Assembly: GCA_002269645.1 (NCBI GenBank)
Contig: NIVC01003930.1
Coordinates: 5,295-69,294, forward strand
DNA: 64,000 nt
DNA from: Macrostomum lignano
Lineage: Eukaryota
Direction of reading: 5' to 3'
Under the pieces are notes generated by a model. That model was not told where the DNA came from, ran no database searches, and worked only from the letters and a program-made list of their open reading frames with translations. Shown here one piece after another: positions 38,418 to 51,104 of this stretch. Position 1 is the stretch's first letter. Every line of letters starts with the position of its first letter. The position numbers and the translations under genes are program-made.

Positions 38418-38677
38418 TGTTATGTCCTCTTCTTCTGCTTCTATACCGACTATTGCCTCCAGGCTACCATCTGACATCAAAGTCAAGTCGAAGAAGCATT
38501 ATTTAAAATACAAGCTGTTCACAAGCTTTATTTGCCTCTAGCCGGCGCACGTCTTGTTTGCCCTTTGTAATACTGTTAGCCTTCGGCTCTTAAAGAAATA
38601 AAATATTGTACCCTAGACTATAGACAAAAGAAGAGAAGCATTAGTGCATTTGCTAAACCAAAAGTCCATACACAACA
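38418..38677 (-). repeat. 3' LTR of Gypsy element
   Basis: No differences from 42352-42611 found by eye. Confidence 0.95.
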
Positions 38678-38693
38678 TTCCCCCCTTTGTCAA

Positions 38694-41210
38694 TTAATAT
38701 CTCAACCGGTCCGGTTTCTGCAATTTGTCTCTGTCCCTCAGTCGTCTAGGTTCTTTAGCCGATGTGTCAGTGCTCTTGCCACGAGTTCCGTCTGTGTCGG
38801 TTGTCTGTGGTTCATCTTGCACGGGCACGCTTTGGGCTGCTGGATTTGAAATGTCCTCACTCTGCATTTGCTCACGAGCCAAGTCAGTCTGATCGTCCTG
38901 ATGCCTCTTCATGATTGGTGGAATTCGGGTGGGAAGAACGTCTGTCTTGATAATTTGATCAACGTGCCTCTTCCAGATTTGACCGTTGACCTGCAGTCTA
39001 AGACATTGGTCCTGTGCGGGTGACCACCTCGGCAGGAATCCATCTGTTCTCTTTCTCCCTTCTGAAATCAAGCGTCAGAACTTTTTCTCCCTCCTGGAAC
39101 TCCCTCGGCGACGCTCCTCTATGGCTTTGTCGTTTGGTCACATCAGTCTGCTTATCCAGTACTTTTGTGTAGGTGTCCGGCCTAAGAAAGTCCAATTGAG
39201 TTCGGCGCTTGTAGCACAGCATCATTTCAGCTGGCGTCCTACCAGTTGTAGAGTGAGGTGTACTTCTGTATCTGAACAAGAAGTTCTGCATACTCAGTAT
39301 TGGGTCTCCATGCGTTTTGATTCCGGCTTTAATAGCAGACTTCGCAGTCTGGACCATCCTTTTGCTAAGTCCATTAGTACGCGGATGTCTAACAGCCGTT
39401 AAAATTTGACTAATATTATTTTGCTTCAAAAACGCACGAAACTCAGATGAGCAGAACTGACTGCCGTTGTCGCTTAAGACTTGCTGAGGAATTCCAAACC
39501 TTGCGAAAGTATCTCGCAGGCACTCAATTGTCTTACTTGTAGTCGCATGTTTCATAGGAAAAATCTCGACCCATTTGCTAGTTGCGTCGACAATGATAAG
39601 CCAGAAATATCTGTGAAATGGTCCCATGTAGTCCAGCTGGATTCTTGTCCATGGCTTCTCTGGCCAAACAAGAGGTTGTACAGGTGCCTGTGCAGGTAAA
39701 TTTCTTTGCAGCTGGCAACCTTCACAGCTTCGGACTAGGTCTTCGATGGCACTATCGATTCCAGGGAACCAAACATGCAGCCTAGCAATAGACTTCATAG
39801 CAACTATTCCAGGGTGTCCGTCGTGAAGCAACTCCAGAACCATTCGATGCACACTCCTTGGAATAACGACGCGCAGTCCCCAGAAAATCACTCCTTGCTC
39901 GATACAAAGCTCATTTCTTTTACAAAAATACTGTTCCAAACCTGGCTCACTTGTTTCTGGCCAGCCGTTTTGGCAGTAGTGAACGACTTTTCAAAGTTCT
40001 GCGTCCTTCCGTGTCGCGGTTCTAATCGTCTCTGCTGTGATCGGTAGCATCTCAAGTCTGACTTCCAGAATTTTGTCACATGAGATGTTCTTGGCTCGAT
40101 CTGGTAAGCGTGAAAGCGCGTCCGCATTTGAATGGTCCTCTGTCCTTCGAAATTTGATTGTGTATTGGTGGGCGGACAGAAGTACGGCCCAACGCTGAAG
40201 ACGACTTGCTGTGATGCTAGGGATATCCTTTTTGTCTCCAAAGATGGTTAGGAGCGGCTTATGGTCCGTCACAAGCACGAAATGATGTCCAAACAGGTAC
40301 TGGTGGAACCTTTTTACTCCAAATACTATGGCCAGCGCTTCCTTCTCCAACTGCGAGTAGTTAATCTCCGGCTTTGATAGCGTCCTCGAAGCATAGGCAA
40401 CTGGCCTTTCATCACCATTCGGCATCACGTGCGAGATGACACATCCGATTCCATACTTTGAAGCATCCGTTTGTAGAATGAGCTGCTTCTTCGGATCGAA
40501 ATGCGCTAGCACTCAGTCAGATGTCAGCGTTTTCTTCACCCTGTCAAATGCAGCGTTGCACTCCTCACTCCAGCGAAACTCCGATTCCTTGCACAACAGT
40601 CGATTGAGCGGTACCAGAATCGACGACAGATTCGGGATAAACTTCGCGTAGTAGGATATCATTCCAATTAGAGAGCAAACTTCGGTTGCATTTGTTGGTG
40701 CCGGTGCATTGTGAATTGCCTCAACTTTCTCGTTTGATGGGTGAAGTCCATTTTCGTCAATAACGTATCCGAGGTATGCAATCTTGTTGAGACGAAATTC
40801 ACACTTCTTTCTGTTTAAATGCACGCCATAATCTGAAAGGCGCTCCAACACGGCGTTCAACCTATTATCGTGGTCTTCCAGACTGGTTCTAGACACCAGA
40901 ATATCATCTATGTATACAACGACGTCCAGGCCCTGCAGTATTTTCTCCATGGCCTCCTGAAACTGAGCCGGTGCGGATGCCAGTCCCATTGTGAGTCGGT
41001 TATATTGAAACAGACCGAGATGAGTGTTGATAGTGGTAAACCTTCTACAGGATTCTTCCAACTCAAGCTGCAGGAATGCTTGCGAGATGTCCAGTTTGGT
41101 AAAATATTTCCCGCCATTTAATGTTGCAAAAATTTCTTCTGGTCGTGGCAGAGGATACTTATCGACCTCTAACTGTGGATTGACTGTCCTTTTAAAGTCA
41201 GCGCAAAGTT
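38694..41210 (-). pseudogene. pol: Gypsy pol (RT, RNase H, integrase), disrupted
   Basis: RT DKYPLP..KLDISQAF..YNRLTMGLASAPAQFQ..VYIDD; RH TDASKYGIG..RPVAYASRTL..EKEALAI; IN HDGHPG..CEGC..LDYMGP..SDNGSQF..NGLSKRMV. Stops at 40513 and 39991, frameshifts, and a deletion of the RT N-terminus. Confidence 0.92.
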
Positions 41211-42351
41211 GTGGCTAACCACGTTGATTGTTGCTTCACCTAATACTGGGATTGAGTGATCCGTGTAGCTAGACAACCTTACGGTAGTCCTTGAAAGCTT
41301 CAGGCCTAGTTGCTTACTGGTCTTCTCATTGATCAGGGTTTTATCCGCACCAGTATCCACTTGAAATCTTACAGCTTTTCCGTTCAGTTCCAGTTCGCAC
41401 TCGTATAGTGGAGAAGTGACATGCGCGACCTGTCCAGTCGAACACACTGTCCTGACTTCAAAGCACTCCCTGTGGTGTCCCTGACTCGTACAGTTTGAGT
41501 CCCTGCTGTGTGAGCTGGTTGAACTAGCTTTGTCCTGTGCATAGTGCACTCTGCCGTGTCTCTTATGTCTGGACGAGCTGAGTTTCTTTTGCTTTCCACC
41601 TCCGGAATCTTTAGTCCTGTCCTTTGTGCGGCAGGCATCACTTTTATGTCCCACTCGACCGCACTTGCTGCACGTCTTGCTATGGTAGGGGCAGTTCTTT
41701 GCCCAGTGATCTTGTGCATTGCAGCGGAAGCATCCAGATTGATTGTTTCTGTTGTTCTTCTCTGACAAGCCGTCTGTCAGATTTTTACTGGCTCTCGAAG
41801 GCTTCACCGCCTGGATTGCACCAGTTGACGAAATTGTCACCACACCTCTTTCCGCTGCTTCCATCGCAGTCGCAAGGGTAAGTGCTCCAGTTAGTGTCAG
41901 TGTGTCTTCTTGCAACAGACGCTGCTGTGTCAGGCAATTCCTTAGGCCGACAACGAACCTGTCTCTCAGTGCCTCGTCCAAGAATTCATTAAAACCACAC
42001 GTGGTAGCCAACTTCCGCAGACTTGCAATGAAATCGCTCACATTTTCTCCTTCATGTTGGGCTCTGCTGTGGAAGTTGAATCTCTCGACAACGATCTTAA
42101 GCCTTGGGTTAAAATGCTCCCTCAGGGCCTTGACTTGATCGTCGAAGTTCACATCCTTGGGCTTCTTTGGTGACAGCAGGTTGCGGAGCAATTGATAGCA
42201 GTCATTACCAATCACTGTAATCAGATTTGCTCGCTTATGTGCCTCCTCGGTCACTTTGTTTACGACGAGAAACTGCTCGAGTCGTTCTTCATAAGCTTCC
42301 CATTGCTTCGGTTTAGCCACGTCGAACTCCGATTTTTACACTCGTCGCCAT
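41169..42351 (-). pseudogene. gag: Gypsy gag-protease
   Basis: EFD..W.AY.ERLEQFL..N (Mag-type), two CCHC knuckles (CFRCNAQDHWAKNC, CSKCGRVGHKSDAC), protease VDTGA. The ATG at 42351 overlaps the PBS and is out of frame by an apparent 2-nt deletion. Confidence 0.88.
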
Positions 42352-42611
42352 TGTTATGTCCTCTTCTTCTGCTTCTATACCGACTATTGCCTCCAGGCTA
42401 CCATCTGACATCAAAGTCAAGTCGAAGAAGCATTATTTAAAATACAAGCTGTTCACAAGCTTTATTTGCCTCTAGCCGGCGCACGTCTTGTTTGCCCTTT
42501 GTAATACTGTTAGCCTTCGGCTCTTAAAGAAATAAAATATTGTACCCTAGACTATAGACAAAAGAAGAGAAGCATTAGTGCATTTGCTAAACCAAAAGTC
42601 CATACACAACA
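42352..42611 (-). repeat. 5' LTR of Gypsy element
   Basis: Followed on the minus strand by the PBS TGGCGACGAG. Confidence 0.95.
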
Positions 42612-42639
42612 CAAAGGCCAGATAAAAAATCCAGCTAAT

Positions 42640-43075
42640 GGCTACAGGGGCAGATGCAAGTGGAAAAGAGAATTAATAGACAATAAAAGAAAGAGAGTTG
42701 AGAGAAAGGATAAGAGAATAGATAAAATAGGCTCATATAAGAGGAGACAGGAGGGTAAGGAGAGAAAGAGAAGGCAGAGAAAAGGAAAAGGGAAAGAGGA
42801 GTACGAGGATAATAGAGGGGAAAAGATGCAAATAAGAGAGACAAGAAGAGAGAGGAGAGATAAGATGAAAGAAAGAAGAGATAAAAGAAAAGAGAGGAGA
42901 AAGATGAGAGAGCCCAGAGTGGATACAGGAAAGAGTAGAAAAAAGAATATAGATGAGCAAGAGAAGAGAGTAGATAGGATAGGAGAATGGGAAGAAAAGA
43001 AAAAAGATTAAAGGAGAGAGAGAGAAGAGAGGAAACAGAAAAAAAGATAAAAGTTTCAGAGGACCCAAAGGACAT
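42640..43075. repeat. GA-rich polypurine low-complexity tract
   Basis: Directly visible; a similar tract lies at 59380-59560. Confidence 0.85.
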
Positions 43076-44039
43076 AGTGATGCAGAGGCAAGAGGCTAGA
43101 GTTTGCCTATATAGGCCTTAGACAGACATTGCCTATCATTGTTACATTACCAAATTAAATCTCCTTTATTTTGAGATCAGTCAAATAGTCTTCTTTATTT
43201 TACTTTCTCAAAATGCGTAGGCACCCTGGAAAAAATAACTTCTGCTTAAGTAACTTCCTATTCCAAAGAAAGTAACTTCTAGCACTTGTTCTGGTCTATA
43301 CTTAGGAAGGTGTCACATGTGTGCAGGAATATATTTCAATATATTTTTGGAATGTGCACTGTGCGTAAAACAAAAAATGAATTTGTGCACCAAGGCTAAC
43401 ATTCGTTTATTGACAAATACATAGCTAGCGTACTAATGCATTGTAGCACTAAAAAACTTGGTAAAAGTCAAATTAAAACAAAGCTAAAAAACAGATAAAT
43501 TTTTGTACCTTGGTAGGCTTTTTTTTTAACTCAAACATTTTGCTTTATTTTAGCTCACGTAGAAAATTATCAAAAGAATTAGCTTCAACTTTACAGTAAC
43601 ATCCCATTTTGAATTTTATTATTCATTTTACTTACCAAGAAACAATTTTTTAATTAATATGCTTAGAAAAAGTGTAATCTTCAACCATATTTTATGTACT
43701 GCATATGCAGATTATAAATTTAGGTGACTCATTGTCAGCTAAATTTTTCTTATCAGGTTTTGCTATGTTTTTCTTATCAGGTTTTGCTATGTGCCACTGT
43801 GCGCTAAAAATTTCTGCTAAGCCTTTGTTGTGCACCGTGTGCGCCACTTTGTATACATTTTTCGTTGATATGTGCCATAATTTTCTACTATAATGTATAC
43901 CTTCTTGAGTGTGGGTTTTGGTATCAGTACTTTGATAAGTGATGGACTGAATGTAGATTTTTGCAAGTTTCCGAAACCGAATCCGAATGTACAAAAAAAT
44001 TCCAAATCCGAATCCAAATATCAAAATGTGTTTCCGAAT

Positions 44040-44337
44040 CATACATGCGCAACCTCCAAAATTCTGTCGGCCATGCGACTTAGTTTTAACAAAAATGCGA
44101 AGTAGTTTTTGGCCAAAAATGCGACTTACATGTAATAAAAACCATAAAGCAAAATTGACGCAACTTGGGGTAAACGGCATGAGTAACTATGACTGTCTTA
44201 TTAGGTCAAAATGCCTCGTCAGCTACTTAGTAATACTACTTTGATATTTTTCGGGTGGGCATTTTTGCGACTTCCTTGATTGGCTGCCAAATCGGTCGGC
44301 CAGATCGGCCGACTCGGCCGACTGTTGCGCATGTATG
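44040..44337. mobile_element. MITE copy 1 (14-bp TIR CATACATGCGCAAC, 8-bp TSD TTCCGAAT)
   Basis: TIRs at both ends; TSD at 44032-44039 and 44338-44345. Confidence 0.85.
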
Positions 44338-45823
44338 TTCCGAATGCAGACAAAAGTAAAATGTACACAGCGGGAGTAAGTATGACATCTTTTAGTGACA
44401 AAATATGCCTCGTCATCTAATTAATAATTGTATTAGTAAGTGCTATACATTAATTTACTGACAAGATTCAATCTAATCTAGGGCTTATACTATATCTATC
44501 TAGTATCTGAATTGAGTGAAACTTAAAATTGAGCTCAAATCTTATATATCTAATCTAACTAATTCCAATTACTAATACTAGCTGACATTACGTTTGTGCA
44601 ATTTGATAACTTTACTGTGTATAGTGCGTAAAGTCCATTGCATTTGCATTTTGAAAAAAAGTGATGATTACACTTAAACAATGATTACTGCAATTAAATG
44701 TTTCTGCAACTTTAGGTTGAATGCCTCAAAGGTTCCAAAGTTAAGTAACTTTACTTATTAACACTTTTTAATAATATACATTATTGCAAAATAGACAATT
44801 GTAAAAATGAACAATATTACATTAAATTTTGCGTTCTCATTTTTTAATTGGCTTTCTTTTCAAAAAGTTGTATTTTTTTATGTTAGCATAATTTTGTTTT
44901 GGTTTTTTTTCATATTCGGAAGCACATTTGGAAATTTGGAAAATAAAATTTCCAAATACAAAACATTTGAATTTCTAAAAAGTATTTAAATATGTCTTCA
45001 TGAGGAAAAACAAAAACATGTATTTGTCTAGAGTTAAATATAATGTTATTTCTCAAATAAAGATGCTATATATTGTTTTTTGTTATTATTGCATCCAAAA
45101 TTTAAATGAATAAATAACACCTTTAAAACAAAGATTAGCAGTACATAAGGATGATTCACATAAAAATTTGGAGGCTAATTTTCGAACATTGATTCTGACT
45201 CTAGAAGTATATATGGAAATAGATGTGTCACAATGATCAGCTTGTAGAATACTGTACTTCAGGTGACTCTTAGTTTGTATGGGCCATTCTCTTGTCACCC
45301 TACTATATATAGTATTGTGCTGTAGCTCTACAGCAGCTATATTTTTATAGTTGGTGTAATTAGTATACTTTTGTTTTGTTGACTCATTTAGAATCAATAA
45401 TCATATTCTGGCAGCCTTAGAAATGCCAGTTAACAATTAACAAAAAAGATACCAAGATAACAAATGGCTGGAATTTGATAGATAGACCAATGTGTAACAC
45501 TTTAACATAACTTGATTATAGTGCCTTGTGCTGCAATTAGAAAATGAATATTAGCCTCAAATGAGTTAAAACTCAAAACCTTCAAGAATATATCACTTGT
45601 GTTGTCTTGCATGAACATCAAAATGAAGAAATTGGCCTTCAAAAAATGTTCCAGGAATCACAAGTGTAGCATCATGATGTACTGCTAGTTATGCTTGTTA
45701 GAAAACATGCAAGGAGTTGTTAAACAAGGATGTTTATTGTGTTGAATTTGAATTTTTCTTGTTTCAGTATTAGTAATTACCAATTTAATTACTTCATTCT
45801 ATGATTCTATATGATGCTTAAAA

Positions 45824-46089
45824 CATACATGCGCAACCCCCCTGATTTACACTGGCCATGCAACTTACTTTTTGACCAAAATGCGACTTACCTTTAAAAG
45901 AAACCCGATTAGGTAAACGGCAAGAGTAACTATAACTGTCTTATAAGGGCTAAATGCCTCGTCATCTAATTAGTACTACGTCTGTATTCTTTAGGCTGGG
46001 CATTTTTGCGACTTACCCCTGGTCCACCACTGGCACCACAATTTATGGTGGCCAGATCAGCCAGGTCGGCCAGCAGTTGCGCATGTATG
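45824..46089. mobile_element. MITE copy 2 (same TIR, 7-bp TSD CTTAAAA)
   Basis: Same TIRs and homologous interior as copy 1; TSD at 45817-45823 and 46090-46096. Confidence 0.85.
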
Positions 46090-47770
46090 CTTAAAACATG
46101 CTTTAACTTAAAAAATGTAAAAACCACATGATCTAGGATAATCTTTTTTTTACCTTTTTATAATTGTACTACAAGTGTTTTGGAAGAGGTTTTGTGCTTT
46201 TGTGAAATATTCAGTGCTAAATTGACTGTTTGGCACCTAAAATTTCATGTTCAAGTACTGGAGGACTGGACTTTATCAAAAATTAACTTCCATTACCAAA
46301 GTCCAGCATTCTTAAAAAAAAGAACCAGAAAAAAGTGTCACTTTAAAAAATTACTTCTGGTACTAAAAGTGCTAGAACTGCCGGAACTTTGCCCAACACT
46401 GCGAATGTCCAACCCACTTTTGCACAGGAATTTTTTGGGAAAAAAGCCATTTTCCTGACTATGGGTTGCATAAAGTTTAAGTAGCTAAATTCTTTAAAAT
46501 AAAATTATCACATTCAATCAGTATTATTATTATTATCATTTGCACTCCTATTATCTCTTAGTTATAACTTTTTTTTAAAATGTTCTACCTTTTGTTATAA
46601 AAACTAGAATATATATTTACTTATTTTCAAAGAACTTTGCATGCCAATTGCCAAATAAACACATCAATAAACTAAAGGGCTAATATTGCATGCTAGAACT
46701 TTTAAGCAAAAAGGCCATTTTCCTTAACATGGTCCTATAGATGTGATAGTATAGTCAATCAAGATCATGGTATATCTGTGCCAGAGCAAATTCTATCAAA
46801 AAACTGATTGCAATGTGCAGTGGAACTATTTGGAATAGTATTCCTATCAAATAAGTCTGCTTGTGCCGTGTGCTAGAACTTTTATGAAAAAAACACAAAA
46901 CAAAAATCTGTATTTTCCATTTAAAAAATGCTAGTAAAACTTATATTTAAATCTTTTTCATAGAATATTAAGATTTTAATTAAAAAAGCTATCATCAGTA
47001 TACTAGTAAACAAATATGCTAAGTTTCCGTCTACAAAAATCTTTCTAAAAGTTTTTGTCTTATACCAATTTGTGTCAAAGTTTTGACTTATGTCATACTC
47101 ATACTATTCTAGATTTCCCCCTTTTGCCTGCTATTGAACTGGAATGCAATGGCATGGTATATGTCTAACCCTCTTTTGTGTCAGAATTTTTTTCCTAAAA
47201 GGCTATATTCTTGACTATGGATGCTATGCTCTATTCAGTCTATGTTAATTCAGTTTGTCTATTCTATTGTTTATTCAGTAGATGTATATTCAGTTTAGTT
47301 AATGCCATATTCTAAGTCAAAGCCACTTTTCTCTATGTCTGATTAAAGCATGGGCAATCTTCAAGAGTTGTTAGCTAAACTCAAAATTGTGCTATTCAAG
47401 GCTAGAGTTTAATGAAAAATTTTGAAGAATGTCTTTCTTGTTTTAAGCATAAGACTTTTAAAACACAAGAATATGGTTTTCTTAATATAATTTTTACTTT
47501 TGTCATTGTTGCTTCAGTGATTTTTCAGCAATCTTGTTGGCATAGGCTGCTAGCTTGATAAAAGATTGGCTGGCTATTGTATTTGGCCAGGTATAAAATT
47601 CTTATTTTTTCTAACATTAACTAAAGTAGCTAAAGTAAGCTGCAAAAATGCCTAGCCAAAAACAAATATAATACTAATTAAATGACACAGCATTTAACCT
47701 TGACAATATAATATGACAAAAAGCAATTCAATATAATTTTCATGCTGAATTGCTAAATAGAATTTTGAGC

Positions 47771-48691
47771 ATGTTCTCAGACGAGAGTCAAGCCGTCATC
47801 GATTGCCCCTCGGCCTGGCGGGTCGAGGTAAAAACCAAGGACCGCGAGACCGAGACACCCGCCATCACCCGCTACCAGCGCGGCCTGCAGACCACCCGGC
47901 GCAAAGAGGTCGAGTGCCAGACTGACAGCTTCATGTACGTGCAGGAGGAGCTCAGTGTTGATTCCAGCGAGCTGGATCCGGAGGTTATAAAGGTGTGTCT
48001 GAGTTTTATTGGTTTTATAAACTAATAAGTTATTTAAGAAATGAGTTAAAGGAGCAGTGGGTTACCTGCTTGAGTATGTAAATTCCCCATCTAAGCAATG
48101 AGCTACCTGAGTAAATTCCCCACCTGAGCAATGGGCTACCTGAGTAAATTCCGCATCTGAGCAATGGGCTACCTGAGTAAATTCCGCACATGAGCAATGG
48201 CCTACCTGAGTAAATTCCCCACCTGAGCAATGGGCTACCTGAGTAAATTCCCTATCTAAAAACCTGAATTCAAGCAGCCGCTATCAGCCCTAAACTCTTC
48301 AAGCTTCTGATGGCAAGCAGAGAAGCATTTCCAACCCATCCTGTTATTCTCACTGATGCAGGCGCTGCGTCGGCTCGAGCCTTTGATGTGCCGGGAGCTC
48401 GAGCGCGCCTCGCGCAGCACCGCCTTCTCCGCTCTCTCCGGCCGCTACGGCGCACGCGGACCCGGTGGCGGCGCCGGCACCAACTCCGACACGGCGCCGC
48501 TTCGACTCTCCGTCGTAGCCGGCGCTGGCAGTCCCGAGCTCGATTCCATGCCAGTAGCCGCGCTGAGCTGGAGCGCCACCGGCGCGTTTGTGGCCGCTGC
48601 GCTGGGCCGGTCCGACCACCAGGACTGGTGCCTGCACAGGGGCGCCGTCTGCGTGTGGAATGCCTCCTCTGCGCGGGGACAGGTGGGTCTG

Positions 48692-48724
<33 letters not shown>

Positions 48725-50141
48725 GCCTGTGACTGTCTGTGTCTGCCTGTCTGTCTGTCTGTGTCTGCCTGTCTGTCTGCCTGTGACTGTCTGTGTCTAC
48801 CTGTCTGTCTGTCTGTGTCTGCCTGTCTGTCTGCCTGTCTGTCTGTCTGTGACTGTCTGTGTCTGTCTGTCTGTCTGTCTGTCTGTGTCTGCCTGTCTGT
48901 CTGCCTGTCTGTCTGTCTGTGACTGTCTGTCTGTGTCTGCCTGTCTGTCTGCCTGTCTGTCTGTCTGTCTGCCTGTGACTGTCTGTGTCTGCCTGTCTGT
49001 CTGTCTGTGTCTGCCTGTCTGTCTGCCTGTCTGTCTGTCTGTGACTGTCTGTGTCTGTCTGTCTGCCTGTCTGTCTGTCTGTCTGTGACTGTCTGTGTCT
49101 GCCTGTCTGTCTGCCTGTCTGTCTGTCTGTGACTGTGTCTGTCTGTCTGTCTGCCTGTCTGCCTGTCTGTCTGTCTGTGACTGTCTGTCTGTGACTGTCT
49201 GTCTGTGACTGTCTGTCTGTGTCTGCCTGTCTGTCTGTCTGTGACTGTCTGTGTCTGCCTGTCTGTCTGACTGTCTGTGACTGTCTGTGTCTGCCTGCCT
49301 GTCTGTCTGTGTCTTTCTGTCTGTGCTCCCATACAGACCGCATTTATCCACAATCAGTGCACCTGAACATGTCACTCATTGCAGCAGGACCGCCAGCAGC
49401 AGCAGCAGAAGCCGCATGCAGTTCTCGAGACGTCCAGCTGCGTTACCTCAGTGCAATACCACCCCAGCAACGCCTCCCTGCTGGCGGGCGGCAGCTTCAC
49501 AGGCGAGCTGCTGGTGTGGAATGTGTCAGTGGGGAGGAGGCCGAGCAGCTGCTTGTCAGCTCGCTGAAACAGCAGGCGGTCGCTGCTGACTCAGAGGGCG
49601 GACTGGAGATTGCTCACCAAGAGCCCATTGTTGAGGTGAGTTGAGTTGGTTGCACAGACCAATTATCTGTTTATCTAGGCTTTGGCTTTGATTGTCTGTA
49701 TTTGCGGGATCATTATCAGCCATCGGTGAGGCAAACTGCAAGCAGCCATGAATATCCGCACTCGGATACGCACGCAGGCACGCGCTGACTAGTGGTGTAC
49801 AACTGCCTTAGCCTTATTATCGTTAGGTCCCCGATACCAAGAGAAGAATCGCTGAAAAGTCGTTACAAACAACTTTCTTGTGACTCTAGCGAGTTGGAAA
49901 TGACTTTCGAACGACTCAAACGCGTCTAATGCGACAAAGAGGCGACTGTTGCGACACAAACGTCCAAGAGTCGTCCAAGAATTATTGTGTTGGCCCTCAA
50001 CTTTCTACTAACTCAGTAGGCTAGTTAGTGATTCAAGCACAACTTAGTGGCTCGACAGCGACTTTAGCACGCATCAAGTACGACTTCTTGAGTCGTAGAG
50101 TCGTTTTAGAGTCGCAGACATTAAAATTGCCTCTCTGTCTT

Positions 50142-50190
<49 letters not shown>

Positions 50191-50201
50191 GTCTGTCTGT
50201 G

Positions 50202-50286
<85 letters not shown>

Positions 50287-50368
50287 GAGTCTGTCTGTCT
50301 GTCTGGCTGTCTGTCTGGCTGTCTGTGAGTCTGTCTGTCTGTCTGTGAGTCTGTCTGTCTGTCTGTGA

Positions 50369-50427
<59 letters not shown>

Positions 50428-50507
50428 CCAGTGTCTGTCTGTCTGTCTGTCTGTCTTTCTGTCTGTCTGTCTGTCTGTCCCAGTGTCTCTCTGTCTGTCT
50501 GTCTGTG

Positions 50508-50554
<47 letters not shown>

Positions 50555-50555
50555 G

Positions 50556-50592
<37 letters not shown>

Positions 50593-50631
50593 GCCTGGCT
50601 ATCTGTCTGTCTGTCTGTCTGTCTGTCTGCC

Positions 50632-50662
<31 letters not shown>

Positions 50663-50663
50663 G

Positions 50664-50694
<31 letters not shown>

Positions 50695-50769
50695 GTGTCT
50701 GTCTGTCTGTCTGTCTGTCTGGCTGTCTGTCTGTCTGTCTGCCTGGCTGTCTGTCTGTCTGTCTGTCTG

Positions 50770-50802
<33 letters not shown>

Positions 50803-50803
50803 T

Positions 50804-50838
<35 letters not shown>

Positions 50839-50839
50839 T

Positions 50840-50870
<31 letters not shown>

Positions 50871-50877
50871 GCCTGGC

Positions 50878-50926
<49 letters not shown>

Positions 50927-50981
50927 GGCTGTCTGTCTGTCTGTCTGTCTGCCTGGCTGTCTGTCTGTCTGTCTGTCTGTG

Positions 50982-51034
<53 letters not shown>

Positions 51035-51067
51035 GCCTGGCTGTCTGTCTGCCTGGCTGTCTGTCTG

Positions 51068-51104
<37 letters not shown>

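Larger units (their letters stand above)
38418..42611 (-). mobile_element. Ty3/Gypsy LTR retrotransposon (Mag-like), defective, recently inserted
   Basis: TG..CA 260-bp LTRs at 38418-38677 and 42352-42611; TSD CAAAG at 38413-38417 and 42612-42616; PBS TGGCGACGAG; PPT CAAAGGGGGAA; gag-PR-RT-RH-IN order. Confidence 0.96.
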
